Shown: piece by piece, positions 27,202 through 42,087 of the stretch | Position numbering within the stretch: position 1 is the stretch's first letter | How the letters are laid out: each line of letters begins with the position of its first letter | Assembly (NCBI RefSeq): GCF_000150275.1 | Contig: NW_002060944.1 | Coordinates: forward strand, 6,423,102 to 6,487,101 | Direction: 5' to 3' | Source: Trichoplax adhaerens | Lineage: Eukaryota > Animalia > Placozoa | DNA: 64,000 nt | The notes under the pieces: model-generated | The model's database searches: none | What the model saw: only the letters and a program-made list of their open reading frames with translations | What the model was told of the DNA's origin: nothing | Program-made: the position numbers and the translations under genes

Positions 27202-29053
27202 TTAAGTTTTCAACATTTTCGTTATTAATTGCTGACCATCTCCGTCAGCTTTTCGTTTGTTTACGTTTTCAAGAGGAATATTAAATTTAGTAGAAATTTC
27301 AGCTGCCCAGAGAGCTAGTTCAACTTTATGAGCGTTCCAGTTGTCTGATTCTTCTATAAAAGGTAACAAAGTGTTGTTGAATTCAGTGTGCAGCTTAGAG
27401 TATACCTGTCTGTAAAGCTACATGGATAGATGTATCTTCCTGTCACAAGTATAGTGTATGATTCCTAAGTTGACTAAAGTATCCACACTGGCGCAAACGT
27501 ATGCAATCGTTTTTAAACGCATACACGGATCTAAAGGAAGCGATACCTAACATTTATATTGTACCTATTTACGGAATGATATACTGCAGTAGTAATACCG
27601 CAATCACTAAGTAATAAAATCGATGAATATATAAAATTATCGGGATTCTCATTCCATAATATATATATATATATATAATATTTATCACTAACCCGCCTTA
27701 TTTAATTTTTTGGCACGATCAACTATCTTTTGTGTATACTTGTTAAAATATGATATATCGTATTTGATCATTCCAAGGCTAGCCACCCCAGCCATCGATT
27801 CATCAGCCATGAATGGAACGGATTCAGGACATGCAGCACATAAAATTGCTTACAAGTTTAAGTGGTAGTAACTTAATTAGACTATGGCATGAAATTATAT
27901 TTAAAGTAGGTGATCAACTTCGTTGTATATAATGATTTAAATTCTAAATTTCACTAGTGTAAATAGCTTGTATTACTGTTGTTGCTTACCGGATGCAGTC
28001 GCTGGGCCGACAGCTTTTAGTTCTGTAAGCTTATTGCAAGCAGCTAGTCTATCGGGTAATTTACTAAACGCTTCCTTCGAAATATCAATAACTTGTTTAT
28101 CTTCATTTTTCTTGATCATTTGACCTAATCCAGGTCTAAATTTACCTCGCTAAACATTACGAATAATAGCGTCAACTTATAACTTCGTATGCTACTATTT
28201 TCCTTGTTCCTTATAAAAATGTATTCTAAGTGACGGTGATAAGCAAAGTTGAGTTGACTAACCGAGAGTTTCCATTCCATTAATTTTACTAGCTCACTTT
28301 TTAGTATATGTTTCTCTTTCCTTTTATTGATAGCCTTAGGTAGTTGATTTTGATACCTGGTCATAGTAAAAGTACGCACACATACATAAAATGTATTTTT
28401 ATATCACGATAAAATATGATATGGAATATGAATGAATATACTGTGCAATTTGCAAATTTAATAATCACAACTTGTGCTGTAAATATAGTTATTATTGCAT
28501 TTTGCAACAAATAGCTGACGACTATTATAATTACATTTGACATGATACAGAATTCAGACTACAAAGTGCACTTTAAGATCACGATCCAAGATCACATCAC
28601 ATGGAATTTGTTACTGCATAATCGATAAAGATAAATGCAACAATCGACAAGCCGTACACATTTCAACGTGTGAACTACTAATGTCTACGCGAACTGGTAT
28701 TTACAGTTAATGGATGAAAATAAAGTACTACAGATACAAATGTTCAATAGCTTTATTTGCTGTATATATGAATTGTATATTAGTGCCTGTATAATGTGTT
28801 AAGATCGTTCGATTGCATTCAAAGGTACTCTTTCAGCTCAAATAAGCAGCCGAAAGTGTTTAGCGTTCATACAGCAGTTATCATATGCACACTAGCCATA
28901 TAGTCCTCCTTACCAGTTATCTAAAGCTACGACATCAGCCCTTGGTTTTCGATTTCCAGTAGCAGTAAATCTTGCTTTTAGAACATCCTCGTACCTAGAC
29001 AACGCTACTGTCCATTGAGTTAAATCGTCACTCTCGTAAAGTGCAGCAGCCAT
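27202..29053 (-). CDS. Amun-family (Drosophila Amun / zgc:112496-like) helix-hairpin-helix putative DNA glycosylase
   Basis: Five exons giving ...VVALDNWYQNQLP...ELVKLMEWKLSRGKFRPGL...LTELKAVGPATASAILCAACPESVPFMADE...WNAHKVELALWA...*; the HhH motif is LKAVGPATAS. Confidence 0.8.
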
Positions 29054-29275
29054 AATGATATGGACTAACTACTGTAATGACTGTCAGCAACAGGTATAAA
29101 CGTATAAACTATGTGCTAGAAAATAAAGAGCTAATGCTAGTAGTGCATCCAAAAAATCATCGAAATTACTAGCAGCAATCCAATCTAGACCTGATTCCAA
29201 TCCAATCAAAGCTATCAAAAAGATTACGGTCCAGAATCCTGACGTCCGATGACTATGAGCAAATTTCCCTTTACA

Positions 29276-29288
29276 TCTCCCGCCAAAA
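29276..29288 (-). promoter_or_regulatory. E2F-like site (TTTTGGCGGGAGA) in the Amun-like/NTHL1 divergent promoter
   Basis: Matches the E2F consensus TTTSGCGS; a TGACGTC CRE-like site lies nearby (~29240). Confidence 0.4.
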
Positions 29289-29554
29289 TATGCGCGTGCT
29301 CATTTCGTCTATCAGGTTGTCAATAAAGGAAGAAACAATTTTTCCTTCTTAATTCTATTATGAAAAGTCAGTAAAACTCTTTGACCGTAGAGTGAATATA
29401 CGTCATTACAAGCTATACTGGGTTAGGTAAGTTAGCATTCTATGATTCAATCTCGTCCATTAAATTGCCAGTTCGTCCATCTCCTAAAGCCAGGGAAAAT
29501 CCATACTGTGCAGTGTGCACTATGCTGAGATATTCCTTTGCCTGCACGATGCAT

Positions 29555-29655
29555 ACAGTGTACAGTACAATACTGTACTGTACTGTACTGTACTGATAGA
29601 CTAGACATTGACTCGATGTTACAGTACAGTACATACTGTTACTGTGCACTGTACA
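29555..29655. repeat. TACAG/CTGTA pentamer array in divergent promoter
   Basis: cagtgtacagtacaatactgtactgtactgtactgtactg...tacagtacagtacatactg. Confidence 0.85.
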
Positions 29656-29817
29656 CGTGCATGCTAATGTTTATTTACAGTTGGGCCCAAATGTAGAAAA
29701 GCAGAGCTGCAACTGTTACAAACTCAAGCAGTAAATAGATTACTGTCTAACCTTTAGTATCTTATAATTTAATTTCCACCGACTACAGTAGTGCCGATGC
29801 ACGTGCAATGAAAGCTT

Positions 29818-31579
29818 ATGTTATTTGTGCCGACAAATTTCTTTTGCACATTGCCAAGGTTAAGTCGACTGATTTGGAATATGGCAGAAAGCGCATCTCT
29901 TCATGCTCGACCTGAGCTGCACAATGCAAGAGCAGGTCGAAGAAAACACCTCGATATTCAGTATGAAAATGATCCCATCAAAAAAGTTAAAGGTCCAAGT
30001 CCTATTGCTAGAAAAAAACGTGTCGAGAAGGTACAAAAGCAACATGTTGATAAGGGTGAAAAGCCCTCTTGGGAGCCAAAAAACTGGCATTTACAACTGC
30101 AAAATATAAGAGAAATGCGAAAAGCTAAGGACGCTCCTGTAGATACGATGGGCTGCTCTGAATTATCGGATAGATCCGAATCTGTAGAGGTACGAGTATA
30201 TACTCGTCTACGCGTATGCAATCTTTAATTTTTTCATGCTGTACTTGAGGAGTTTCTGATACTGAGCTAGCCTGAAATGATGAACTATGGATTACTGTAC
30301 TGCAAAGAAACCTAGTAGTCTATGGTATTGCCTAAATGATACCAGATGCTTACTTTGGAGCAATTCGCGTATAAAAATTTTACTTTTGCATAGCTAATTT
30401 TCAGTATACAACTACCTTACTTTTGATGGCATGGCAAATCACTCAATAGTAAATTTTAAATTCTGTATGTAATATTTACGACGCACTCTTGTCCTGCAAT
30501 CATTAAACACTGAAAGCAGACTGCATGTCCGAATTGTGTATTGCAAACTTACGTATACGCGTATGATCAACATCTCTCAATAATTTCTTGTATCGGATAT
30601 TCTGGAATTCACTGTACTGTATAGGTGCAAAGATACCAGATCTTAATCTCCTTAATGCTATCCAGCCAAACTAAAGACCAAATCACTGCAGCAGCCATGC
30701 ATAGGCTCAAAAATCATGGTTTAACCATGGATAATGTTATGGCTACCTCGGACAAACAATTGGGAGAATTAATTTTCCCAGTCGGATTTTGGCAAGTAAT
30801 ACTCACATGCAATAATTTTAGTATCAGTAATTGTTGAGGTAGTTAGCTTAAGGTACCGGACCTGATGCATTTAAACTTATCTAATTAATACTCGGCAACA
30901 GAAATTTTATCAGTCTTTAAGTGTTGTACCTTATTGCTTATCCATTCTTATGTATTGTATTATTATTCATCAGAGAAAAGTACAATATATTAAAAGGACT
31001 ACAGCAATGTTAATCGAAAAGTACAACAAGGATATCCCACCGACGCTGGATGAATTGAAGGCACTGCCTGGGATCGGACCTAAAATGGCTCATTTAATAA
31101 TGCTTTCAGCATGGAATTCGGTTGTCGGTATTGGTGTGGATACACATGTCCATCGTATCTCCAATCGCCTAAAGTGGGTAAAGAAACCGACTACTGACCC
31201 AGAGAAAACAAGAATAGCTTTAGAAGAATGGTTACCGAGGTATGATAGATTTGTAGCTGACGTCAGCATAACCTAAAGGAATTGGGATTGAATCAATTTT
31301 ATTCGATTCGATCCAAGCTTACTAAGTACATTGTAATATACTGTAGTAAAGATAAATGTACTTTATCAGTATGCTGTACAATACTGAATCGGCTTTAAAT
31401 AAAACTACTTGATAACTCAATGGGATTACCAGTATGATCTTCCTGTTTTTAGAAATGAGTGGAGAGAAATAAATTGCTTAATGGTTGGGTTTGGTCAAAC
31501 TATATGTCTGCCTATTAATCCATTATGCGATAATTGCCTTAACAAGCCTATCTGCCCGTACGGCAAAAGAGGAAGATAG
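29818..31579 (+). CDS. NTHL1: Endonuclease III-like DNA glycosylase/AP lyase
   Basis: Exons 29818 (or 29881)-30189, 30625-30795, 30974-31239, 31453-31579. Motifs [17 protein letters not shown], Hh[21 protein letters not shown], and the 4Fe-4S motif C-x6-C-x2-C-x5-C. Confidence 0.96.
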
Positions 31580-32699
31580 AGCAAGATTTGCTACATGCAC
31601 ATATCTTTTAAAATCGTCGATACTTAAAGTCTCTTTATTTGTAATTGATAAAGTCAATGGCCTTTAACCTAATTGTTGAGATCAATGGTTAAGTTATCCA
31701 GGTGTTACTTCAGCAGTAAATTGGTTAATCAATATAATGAATAACATTTACTGTAACAATGAAAAATGTATGACGCTGCCATAGATCGATTCTGAAAAAT
31801 GATTATTATCTCTTGATTAATCAACCAAAAATATCGTTGTGTCTTACTTTATTGATAGAGTCACCTGTTTTATATCATTTTCGCTATAGACTTCATTATT
31901 ATAGCCTCTGATGCGTATTTATGCTGTACAATGCTTGCTTTACGATATCCGTTTTATCTATGGTACATGCATCTTCAAGACTGCTACGTAATTGTGTATT
32001 TGTATGAATACTGTACTTTGGCATTCGATCACACTATATCAATGCTGTACGGTGGATTGTAGACTAGTAGATTCTTTGTTCACAAATTGCCCAGCTCTAT
32101 TAATTATTGCAAAGACGATAACTACGGTAAGTTGAACCAATCTAATTAAAGAAAAATACAATATACGGTATGTTTTCCACCTATTCTATATTCGATTCGA
32201 AATTTCGAAGATTCAATTCATTTTTCATTAATGTCGCATGTTGCTTGTTAATTCCTAAAAAGTTTTCTTTTACTGTATTTGATGGCTAGTCATACAGTAC
32301 TGTATACGAGTGATGTAGGCTATCTAGCTGGGATATAGTATGCGTATATCGACAAAAAAATGTGTGCGGACCAACATTTTGTAGGGGTCTGGTGCAAATT
32401 TTCATAAATTACTATGTTCTGAGGTGTCTAGTACAAACGTTATTTATTACAACACAATGTCATTTGATAATATTATTTTCAGTATAGCGCAAGGTAAATC
32501 AGTCATATGAGACTATTGTTATAGTTTATTGTTCATACTCTCACCCAATTTTCCATACAGAATTGCAGATATGTAAATCTTTACAACCACTCAATCATTT
32601 AATTTCTGTGTAACACTGTAGTGCGTAAACATACACTTAGAAAAATTACCATTACTTTTTCTGCATTATGATCGACTCAAATAATTTTACTTCACAGGG

Positions 32700-35600
32700 C
32701 TACTTTTTGCTTGTAGTCCTACCAGAATCTTTCGTAGTAGTTGACTTCTTTTCTTCAGCTGCCTTTTTCGATGCTTCACGCTCCTTAGCCTTTGCCTCTC
32801 TTTCCTTCCTAATTATAGCTAAGCGGGCTAAATCAGCACGAGCTTCTTCTGTTTTGCCTTCGGCTCGTAATTTTTCATATTTTATGCGATCTTGTTGGCG
32901 TTTAATCTCTTCTCTAAAAACGAATTTTACATGTATAGCGCCTAGTTAGTATTTTGTAAGACTGAGAAAATGAATTTAAACCATATTCACTCTTTGCAAT
33001 GGTCAAATTCATGTAAAATTACGCCAATGTAAATACAGGATAGCATGTTACCTTTCTCGTCTCGATAATTCGACCTTGGGGGCAGCATCTGTATCTAACT
33101 GACTAACTTTTTTCACTTTAGCTTGTGCTCTATTCGGATTTTCTATATCAATTAAGCCTTCTACACCTTTAGCCTTTGAGGAACCCTAGGTATGAGAAGA
33201 CAGTTACTGTGTTAGAGTGTGTGACATCACAACATAACAACATAATTTAGGTGATAGAACAATTGTAATATTTATGTATAAACAGTCAAATTCCTTCTTT
33301 TTCATTAAATCTACTCGTGTACAAAGCCGAAGCAAATTTGTTAATGATTTAATAAATTTTTTCAATGAATTAGTTAATCATTCAAACTATAAATATCACT
33401 ATTTTTATATGCTAGTGTGTGTCAGAATTTTGTATTCTGAATAAGAATAGGAAATTGCACCTTGAGCGCCAATTTTGAACTTACATTGTTCTGATAACAT
33501 ACAATGCAATGAACTCTGCAAACACTTACTTCTTCGCCGCTAGAATTACCACTTTCTTCATCTTCTTCTTCTTCATCACTTCCTGGTGGTAAATCACGAT
33601 TCTGTATACCAATGGAAATATGAAAGAACCTAGTTTTAAAATTTTAACTAGGAAGTAACACACACCAGCTAATAATAACCATATACATAGGCTGAAGGAT
33701 GTCTTTTTAAAAGTAAAAATTAGAAAAATACTAAAGCTCATATATTGTTACATAATTAAAATTATCTTTAGCAATACAACATTTTAGTATATTGTTACTG
33801 TGTAACTTGTATACTAATTTTGCAATATACGTACGAGTAGTACATACATATCATGAATACATAAAAATCATCCATTTTTACATTTGTAAAAGTCCTCTAC
33901 TGTTTCGTTCACATTATCCTATCTGATTAGGATTACAATAGCAGTACTCAGACCGTAAATATTAGATTGCTTATAAAGCAGAGATGATACGATGGGATGA
34001 TTCGACAGAAATGGGTGTTACAGTGGTAGCTACAACCCAGACTGAGTTTACAGATGATTATTAGTTACACATCACCATTACAGCTCAAGGGACACGCTAC
34101 ATTAAGTAAAATTATAAATTAATCAATTCTTTCAACAATTTCATGCAATTATAGTCGATCTCAGTGAATTCTGTCTTAGATAGTAATTTAAGAATTTATC
34201 AACCAATATCAACAAGAAACTAATAGCAAATGTATAACATTTATTACGTAATCTTCCTACTCTACAGTAGAATAAGATCGCACTATTTCTAACAATGTTA
34301 TTGCTTATCATTAGAGGGGTGTGCTAGCAGTAGTTTAGCTGTGATTCTAGATAGAAAAGTGGTACAAATTGCAATCTAATTGTATACAATAAATAGTAAT
34401 ATCTGAATGGCATCGAATATTACTTTTTTATTTTATAGTGGGAAATTCTACTGTATAAAGGAGTATAGTTTAACCTAATTTAATTAAAAAAGTAGTAAGT
34501 TAATATAAAACATTTTGCGTATAGTATAAGGTTGTTGTCATTTTTTTGTAGTGAACTTGATGAGCATTACATACTTGACAGCTGGATGTATGGGTTTGCT
34601 AGTATAAATATTTATAATTGTCCATTTTGGCTTACTATAATTACTGGAAGATTCGAACAAAAATGAGATCAAGTTACTTACTTGTTGCGGTTTCAGCTCT
34701 TCTGGTTCGGTAGCATAAACCCTTCGTTTACCTTTATGTGATTTTCCTTTCGCTAGTAGATAGAGCAGTATAAAAAGAAGAGACAACGATCATAATATTA
34801 GTAAGTAAAAAGCACATTATTTGCATAAACATTAAAATTTGCTTGAAATATGATAGCTAATGTAGTGGATACTAATATTAGTGATAACTGTTCTTATTTA
34901 TCACACATCGTATCACACATACTGCTAATCCATTTACGCAACATGCAAAATATCAGGAAAACAGTTAATTATGCAAAGTGTCAAGGAGATTCTTCTTCAG
35001 GTGAATGAATTTAAAACCCTAATAGGTTAAGTGAAATGCTCAGGAATATAGAATGTAATTTTTCTTGATCAAGATACATTCATACTTTGTATGACTGTTG
35101 TTTTTAACGCTATCATCATTTTCAATACAAGCTATATCAAGGAAATCCTTTTTACTTTAAAGAGTATACTTATTAAGATCTATATACTTCTGGTGGAGAC
35201 TTTACTTAGTTACGCTACAATTTGATTAGAGTCATTATTAATTTAGTTGATTAATAGTGTACAGATTACGCGTATCAGCAGAGATAGTAAAAACATTATG
35301 GCTGATCGCTATTATAAGACTACTTAGGACATGTAGCAGTTCATGTTGTTAAAGTAGTAAAGATTGATTATCAACTTATTAAGACTGCAATTCTCGACTA
35401 TACTGTACTACAGTACAAGATTGTATAGGAATACTTGGGGAGGAATCTCCAAAATCGACCTACTATAAAATCTGTTGAATGTCTAAGAATCTAAGCAAGC
35501 GTTGTGCCATTTCAAGACAAAGCCATTCGCAGCATGGATAGGATGATTATATTATTTTAGCTCATACTTTTGGACTTGTTTTGAACCACAGCATCCTATC

Positions 35601-35847
35601 ATCCAATTTGCTTAGCAATGCTGACGTTTAAGTCAACTGTGGAAAGCAAATGTGTCTATTACAGTGGGCATTTTGTTGCTTTCAAAATTTAGAATGCAAT
35701 TCACATCCACCATTGAAATACCGGTGCTAAGAGCAGACAGGATACTACTACTCTACTCTACTCAATACGATCCATTGATCACTGCAAAACCGCGATAAAA
35801 ATACCAATAATAACCTACAATAGACGCCGTAACTTACATTTTGGCAT
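32700..35847 (-). CDS. PDAP1: 28 kDa heat- and acid-stable phosphoprotein (PDGFA-associated protein 1)
   Basis: Micro first exon ATGCCAAAAT|gtaagt at 35847, then [14 protein letters not shown], an acidic exon (~33530-33600), [16 protein letters not shown]...ELSRRE, and [21 protein letters not shown]. Confidence 0.93.
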
Positions 35848-36127
35848 GTTGGCAATACAGGTCGGACAAAATCAAGAGTCTTTCTAAGATAAGTTACGTT
35901 GTCGTCGTCGATTAAGAGTAATTGGGATTGAATTTTTAAATTACTACTTAAGGTTGTCTCTGCGTCAACGGAGACTTGACTACCTAGCCAGGATTGGAAA
36001 TCACCTTCAAGCCTTCTCTGTCTGCCTGATGTACGCAACCGTATTTATATACTCTTTACTATTGCACGTTGACAGAGTCGTGATATTGTATTGCTATTAA
36101 CACTATTTTGACTGCACCATCCATACG

Positions 36128-36310
36128 TAGAGTACAGTACTGTGCACTGTCGACTAGCAAATGACTGTAGACTGTAGACTGTAGAGTACTGTACTGTACG
36201 GTACTGTACTCATACAGTAGATCATAACGGTTTCCGACCGAACCGAATCTTCTCAGGTCTACAGTGTACAGTGTACAGTGTACAGTACTGTACTGTACTG
36301 TACTGTACAA
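36128..36310. repeat. TACAG/CTGTA array enclosing a TAGATCATAA-(AACCG)n-TTCTCAGGTCTA module
   Basis: Dense tactg/tacag and tacagtg iterations. The module at 36218-36261 recurs in inverted orientation at 42934-42988. Confidence 0.85.
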
Positions 36311-36973
36311 GTCAAGTCCATTACCGGGGTTGGTTGAGTCTCACCGAATTCGATTAGTCTTGCTAACCCCGGGGTTGAGTGGCGTGGGTTAACCGGGTGG
36401 GTACTGTTTCCACACCCGCTAGTGGCCTGTGGCATATCAAACACGGTAACACATAACACATGGGACGATCGCCCATGGTAATGTGCGTTGGATACGTTAC
36501 CGTAGAAAACAACGCTTAAAGCATGGACGTCAGGACGTCAGGATGGTTTAAGTGTAAAGTGAGGAAATGCATCAGCGGTAATTCATATTTGGAGTGAAGT
36601 CGCTGTCAGACAACAGGGAAAAAGCTAAAAAGACTTTGCAAATTGTCAAGACCTAGGCTAGACCGGATCACCATTTCCGATCATGTAAGTAAATGATAGT
36701 TATAATGACTTCATAATGTACCGTCATAGGGGTGGAGGATGGCTATGTTGTAATACTGCTTCATCATTCAGTGCATTGGAAGTAATATTGATGTAGTACG
36801 GCCAAAACATAAACTGTAGTGTAGAAAGTAGTCCGCTAGTAATGGAAATGAATGCCAAAGTAGAGCCAAATGGCCTAGAGGTGGTACTGCAATAGCCGAG
36901 GCTTGTCAATATCTGCTTACAGGGCCAATCAATTATCTTATTTTCATATTCAACACTTAGAAAAACTTGAAAA

Positions 36974-38989
36974 ATGGAGAGTATCATCGCCAATGTTGAT
37001 AATATCAAATTTACTATCGAATTTGAGCTCGATGACCAAATCGGAACACAGCAATTACCCTTTCCAGGAATGGATAGTAAGTAAAAAATGTATCGCTAAT
37101 TGTTCATTCCATTAAATACGATGTATAGCAGTTATAGTTTACAGTAGTACTTTTAAGTAAAGCCAGTTTGTCAAAATTCTTGATAGAAATATCTTTAACA
37201 AGATACATACATGAAATTATTAATTGTCCGCATCATACTGGATATAGATTATATTCAAATAAACCACTGTACCAGATGTATCGAGTGACACTTTTATTAC
37301 CTAATCGATGCCAACCTTGTTAATTCATGGCTATATTTTGACTAGCATGATACGAGATTGTAACTACTACTGCAGATAAACATTCATTAGCATAGAAAGT
37401 TAACTATAGCAGAGCTTAATATTTCACCCATTCAAAATCTGAAACATCTTTGTCAATGTAACGTTTTAGAATCTGGGGCAGCTGTATGCACCTATTTCGC
37501 AGAAAGTCAATGCGTAAAAGGGTCAATGTGCCCTTTCCGTCATACTAAAGGCGATAAAACTGTCGTATGCAAACATTGGCTGCGAGGGTTATGCAAGAAA
37601 GGTGATCAGTGCGAGTTCTTGCACGAGTACGATATGACCAAAATGCCTGAATGTTATTTTTATTCAAAATTTGGTAAGATCTGGCACATCCGATAATGCT
37701 TAGCAACGATACTATTGTAAGCTGACCCACAACATTGATTTATTTAGGTGAATGTAGCAATAAAGAGTGTCAGTACTTACATATCAATCCAGAAAGTAAA
37801 ATTAAAGATTGTCCGTGGTATGATAGGGGTTTCTGCAAACATGGTAAGGGAGTGTGTTAAGCATTTTCAATACACTTAAAGTTATAGCAGTTATCACACT
37901 TTTGTAATCTTATATATACACTACGTTGTCAATACAATTCTTTACCGACTTTCTATGCACTTTCTATGATAAACTCATTATAGGCCCAGCATGTAGACAT
38001 CGACACGTAAGAAGAGTTGCTTGCCTAAATTACCTTAATGGTTTCTGCCCTGAAGGATCAAACTGTAAACACGTACAGTAAGTAATGTAATACATGTATA
38101 CTCGTATATACGCGTAAATTAAGAGTTTTAATTACAAGATTTACGAGAGTATCTTATGAAAAGATAGTAAAATCCATGACAATAGTATGAGTTTTCTACT
38201 CTAGTACAAGGCCACTGGTTTAAATTTTGGAGTTCTTTCATGTTTTTTATTCTCCATTTAAAGTAGCAAATTGATTTTATTGTAAGCTGACGCAATTGAA
38301 TATAAGATACCTCAGCATAATTGATATGCTTTGCAAATTGATCATCATCCTGACCTTTTATTGTTGTACAGCTTAAGGTTTGAACTACCTACGAGAGAAA
38401 TCGATATTCATTCTGAATCTAAACGTAAACCTAGCGTAGTAGTTTGTCATAATTGTGGAGAGTATGGACATAAAGCCTCCGCTTGTCCTAATCAGCTTAT
38501 CTCTATTCAAAAGGAAGTGAGTAAAATATCAATCAAATCTAAAATAATATCGTATGTTATTGGTATTGCTCTTCTAGTTCCTAAACTTTGGTTTATTGTC
38601 ACACAGAATAGCCTAACCAATGATAATGGTAACAGCATTGGCATATCTCACGACCAAAATCAACAACAACAAAAGCGCCCTATGGATCAAGTTATCTGTT
38701 TCAAGGTATTGAAAACTGTAAATTTTCAACTTTGTCCATAGTGTGTAACGTATAGATCTGTATAAATGCATGAAATCTCACTTTAGATTAGGCTGTACTA
38801 ATATTGCGATTTTGTATCTTTAGTGTGGAGATAGAGGTCACTTCGCAAATAGGGTAAATATCTTCTCGTGTAACGCGAACTACCTAATTTAACGTCTACT
38901 CATGATTTTTTCTTTCTCACATTATCATAAAATACTTTTATTATTTTTATTTATATTAACAGTGTCCCAAACAAGGAAAGCTGAGGTGA
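36974..38989 (+). CDS. CPSF4: Cleavage and polyadenylation specificity factor 30 kDa subunit
   Basis: QQLPFPGMDKSGAAVC; five CCCH fingers ([45 protein letters not shown]...CPWYDRGFCKHG); two CCHC knuckles; stop at 38989. Confidence 0.96.
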
Positions 38990-40544
38990 TAATTACCTTA
39001 GGATCCAATTAATGAAGCTCTTTGGAGTCGTGTACCCTTCCTAACATTTTTACTTAAAATAGTCTTATTGTATATCTATGGTGCATTCATGAATGCCCTA
39101 AAGTATTATGTCAATGATCTGTATACTCATTTGAAATTATCAAGTTTGAAGCTTGTAAAGGTGTCGGAGTGATTGAAACATGTTCTAAATCCTTTTTTTC
39201 AAAATAGGATAGTTCCTCATTGAGATTCATTTACCGATAGATAGTACAGAGATCAAAATTAGATTATTTCCGCTATTGTATCATTAACAGTAATCATGTT
39301 ACATGATTACAAAATCAAGTAATGCTAAGATTGTAGCTGAAATAACTGTAACTATTTCTTTATTAAAGTATTTGTAGTGTACAGACAGATATGACTCGAA
39401 CCTCTAATCACATTATTCTGTTGTAACTTATACTTTGTCCGGCATTCATCTCTACGAAAGTATACTGTAACTAAAACTACTACTTCTCTAAATTATCTAC
39501 TAAGGCTGCAATAATTCTTAAGCAATTATTACGAAATATTGCATTTGTCGTACAAATTCTTTTCAAAACTTCTATTCGGTGTCGTCTCATTTACCCATAC
39601 GGGATGATATTCTAAATCCAGAAAACTTCACAGGTATTAGCATCGTATGACATGTACCCATCATTTCATGCTTATGACATCACCAAAATAAATTCTTTTT
39701 CATTGGTTTTATGATCTCCGTCCATAAATTACTTTTCTTTTTATGCAGGACTGCATAAAATATGCTTTCTGTCCTCTACGATCTCTTATCAATTTTGAAA
39801 TTTTGTTTCATAACAGAGTCAGTTATTTTTTTAGCCATTACACTATTGTAGATTAGAACGAGTGGTGTGCAATTACGGTCTATATACTCGTATTGTACGA
39901 GTTTATACAAATGCCATTTATTTCTAAAGGTATTTACTCCAACAATCACTAGGCGCTATCATTATCCAATGCACGTATCCAACCTACCCAATAAAAAGAG
40001 GGTTAGGCGTTAACTTTTTAACACGAATAGGAGCCAACGTTTAGAAAATGTCATCAGGCTGAGCAGCTATCGATAGCCTCAATTCTAGCTTCTAACTGAT
40101 ATCATGCAAGTAATATTCAACCCCTTCCAATAATGATTACAATAGTAGCCAAATATAAATGATCTTTATCTCAATATGGGATTAACATTATTGCATGCAC
40201 CAATTTTACACATTAATCAACACGCTAATAGGTATATGATACGTAAAATTACAAGAAAAGATTTATTTCACATTTTCTTTAAATTGCTACAGCAATTCAA
40301 TAGATCTACAAAGCACCATTGGCCGACGGGAGTCATATAAATATGAAAAACAAAGCAATCACAAAATTAGTACAACCGTGGTATAGAGTCGGTAGATTAG
40401 CGTACTGCTGTACTTTCACTTGTACGTATGGTAAGCTAAATACAAAAAAAGATATAATACTAGCTTCTATAAGTACAGATATTAAACCATCAATAATAGC
40501 CTTTAGTCTTAAATATCGACAACTACACACTATTTTAGTCTCAC

Positions 40545-42027
<1,483 letters not shown>

Positions 42028-42087
42028 CTACACGTGGAAGCAATTGCTCTGACCCCCCTCTACCACACAATGGATAATCGCGTTTTT

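Noticed and set aside
30277-30350. Possible C/D snoRNA (ATGATGA) in NTHL1 intron 1
   Set aside because: No D box (CTGA) or terminal stem at an appropriate distance.
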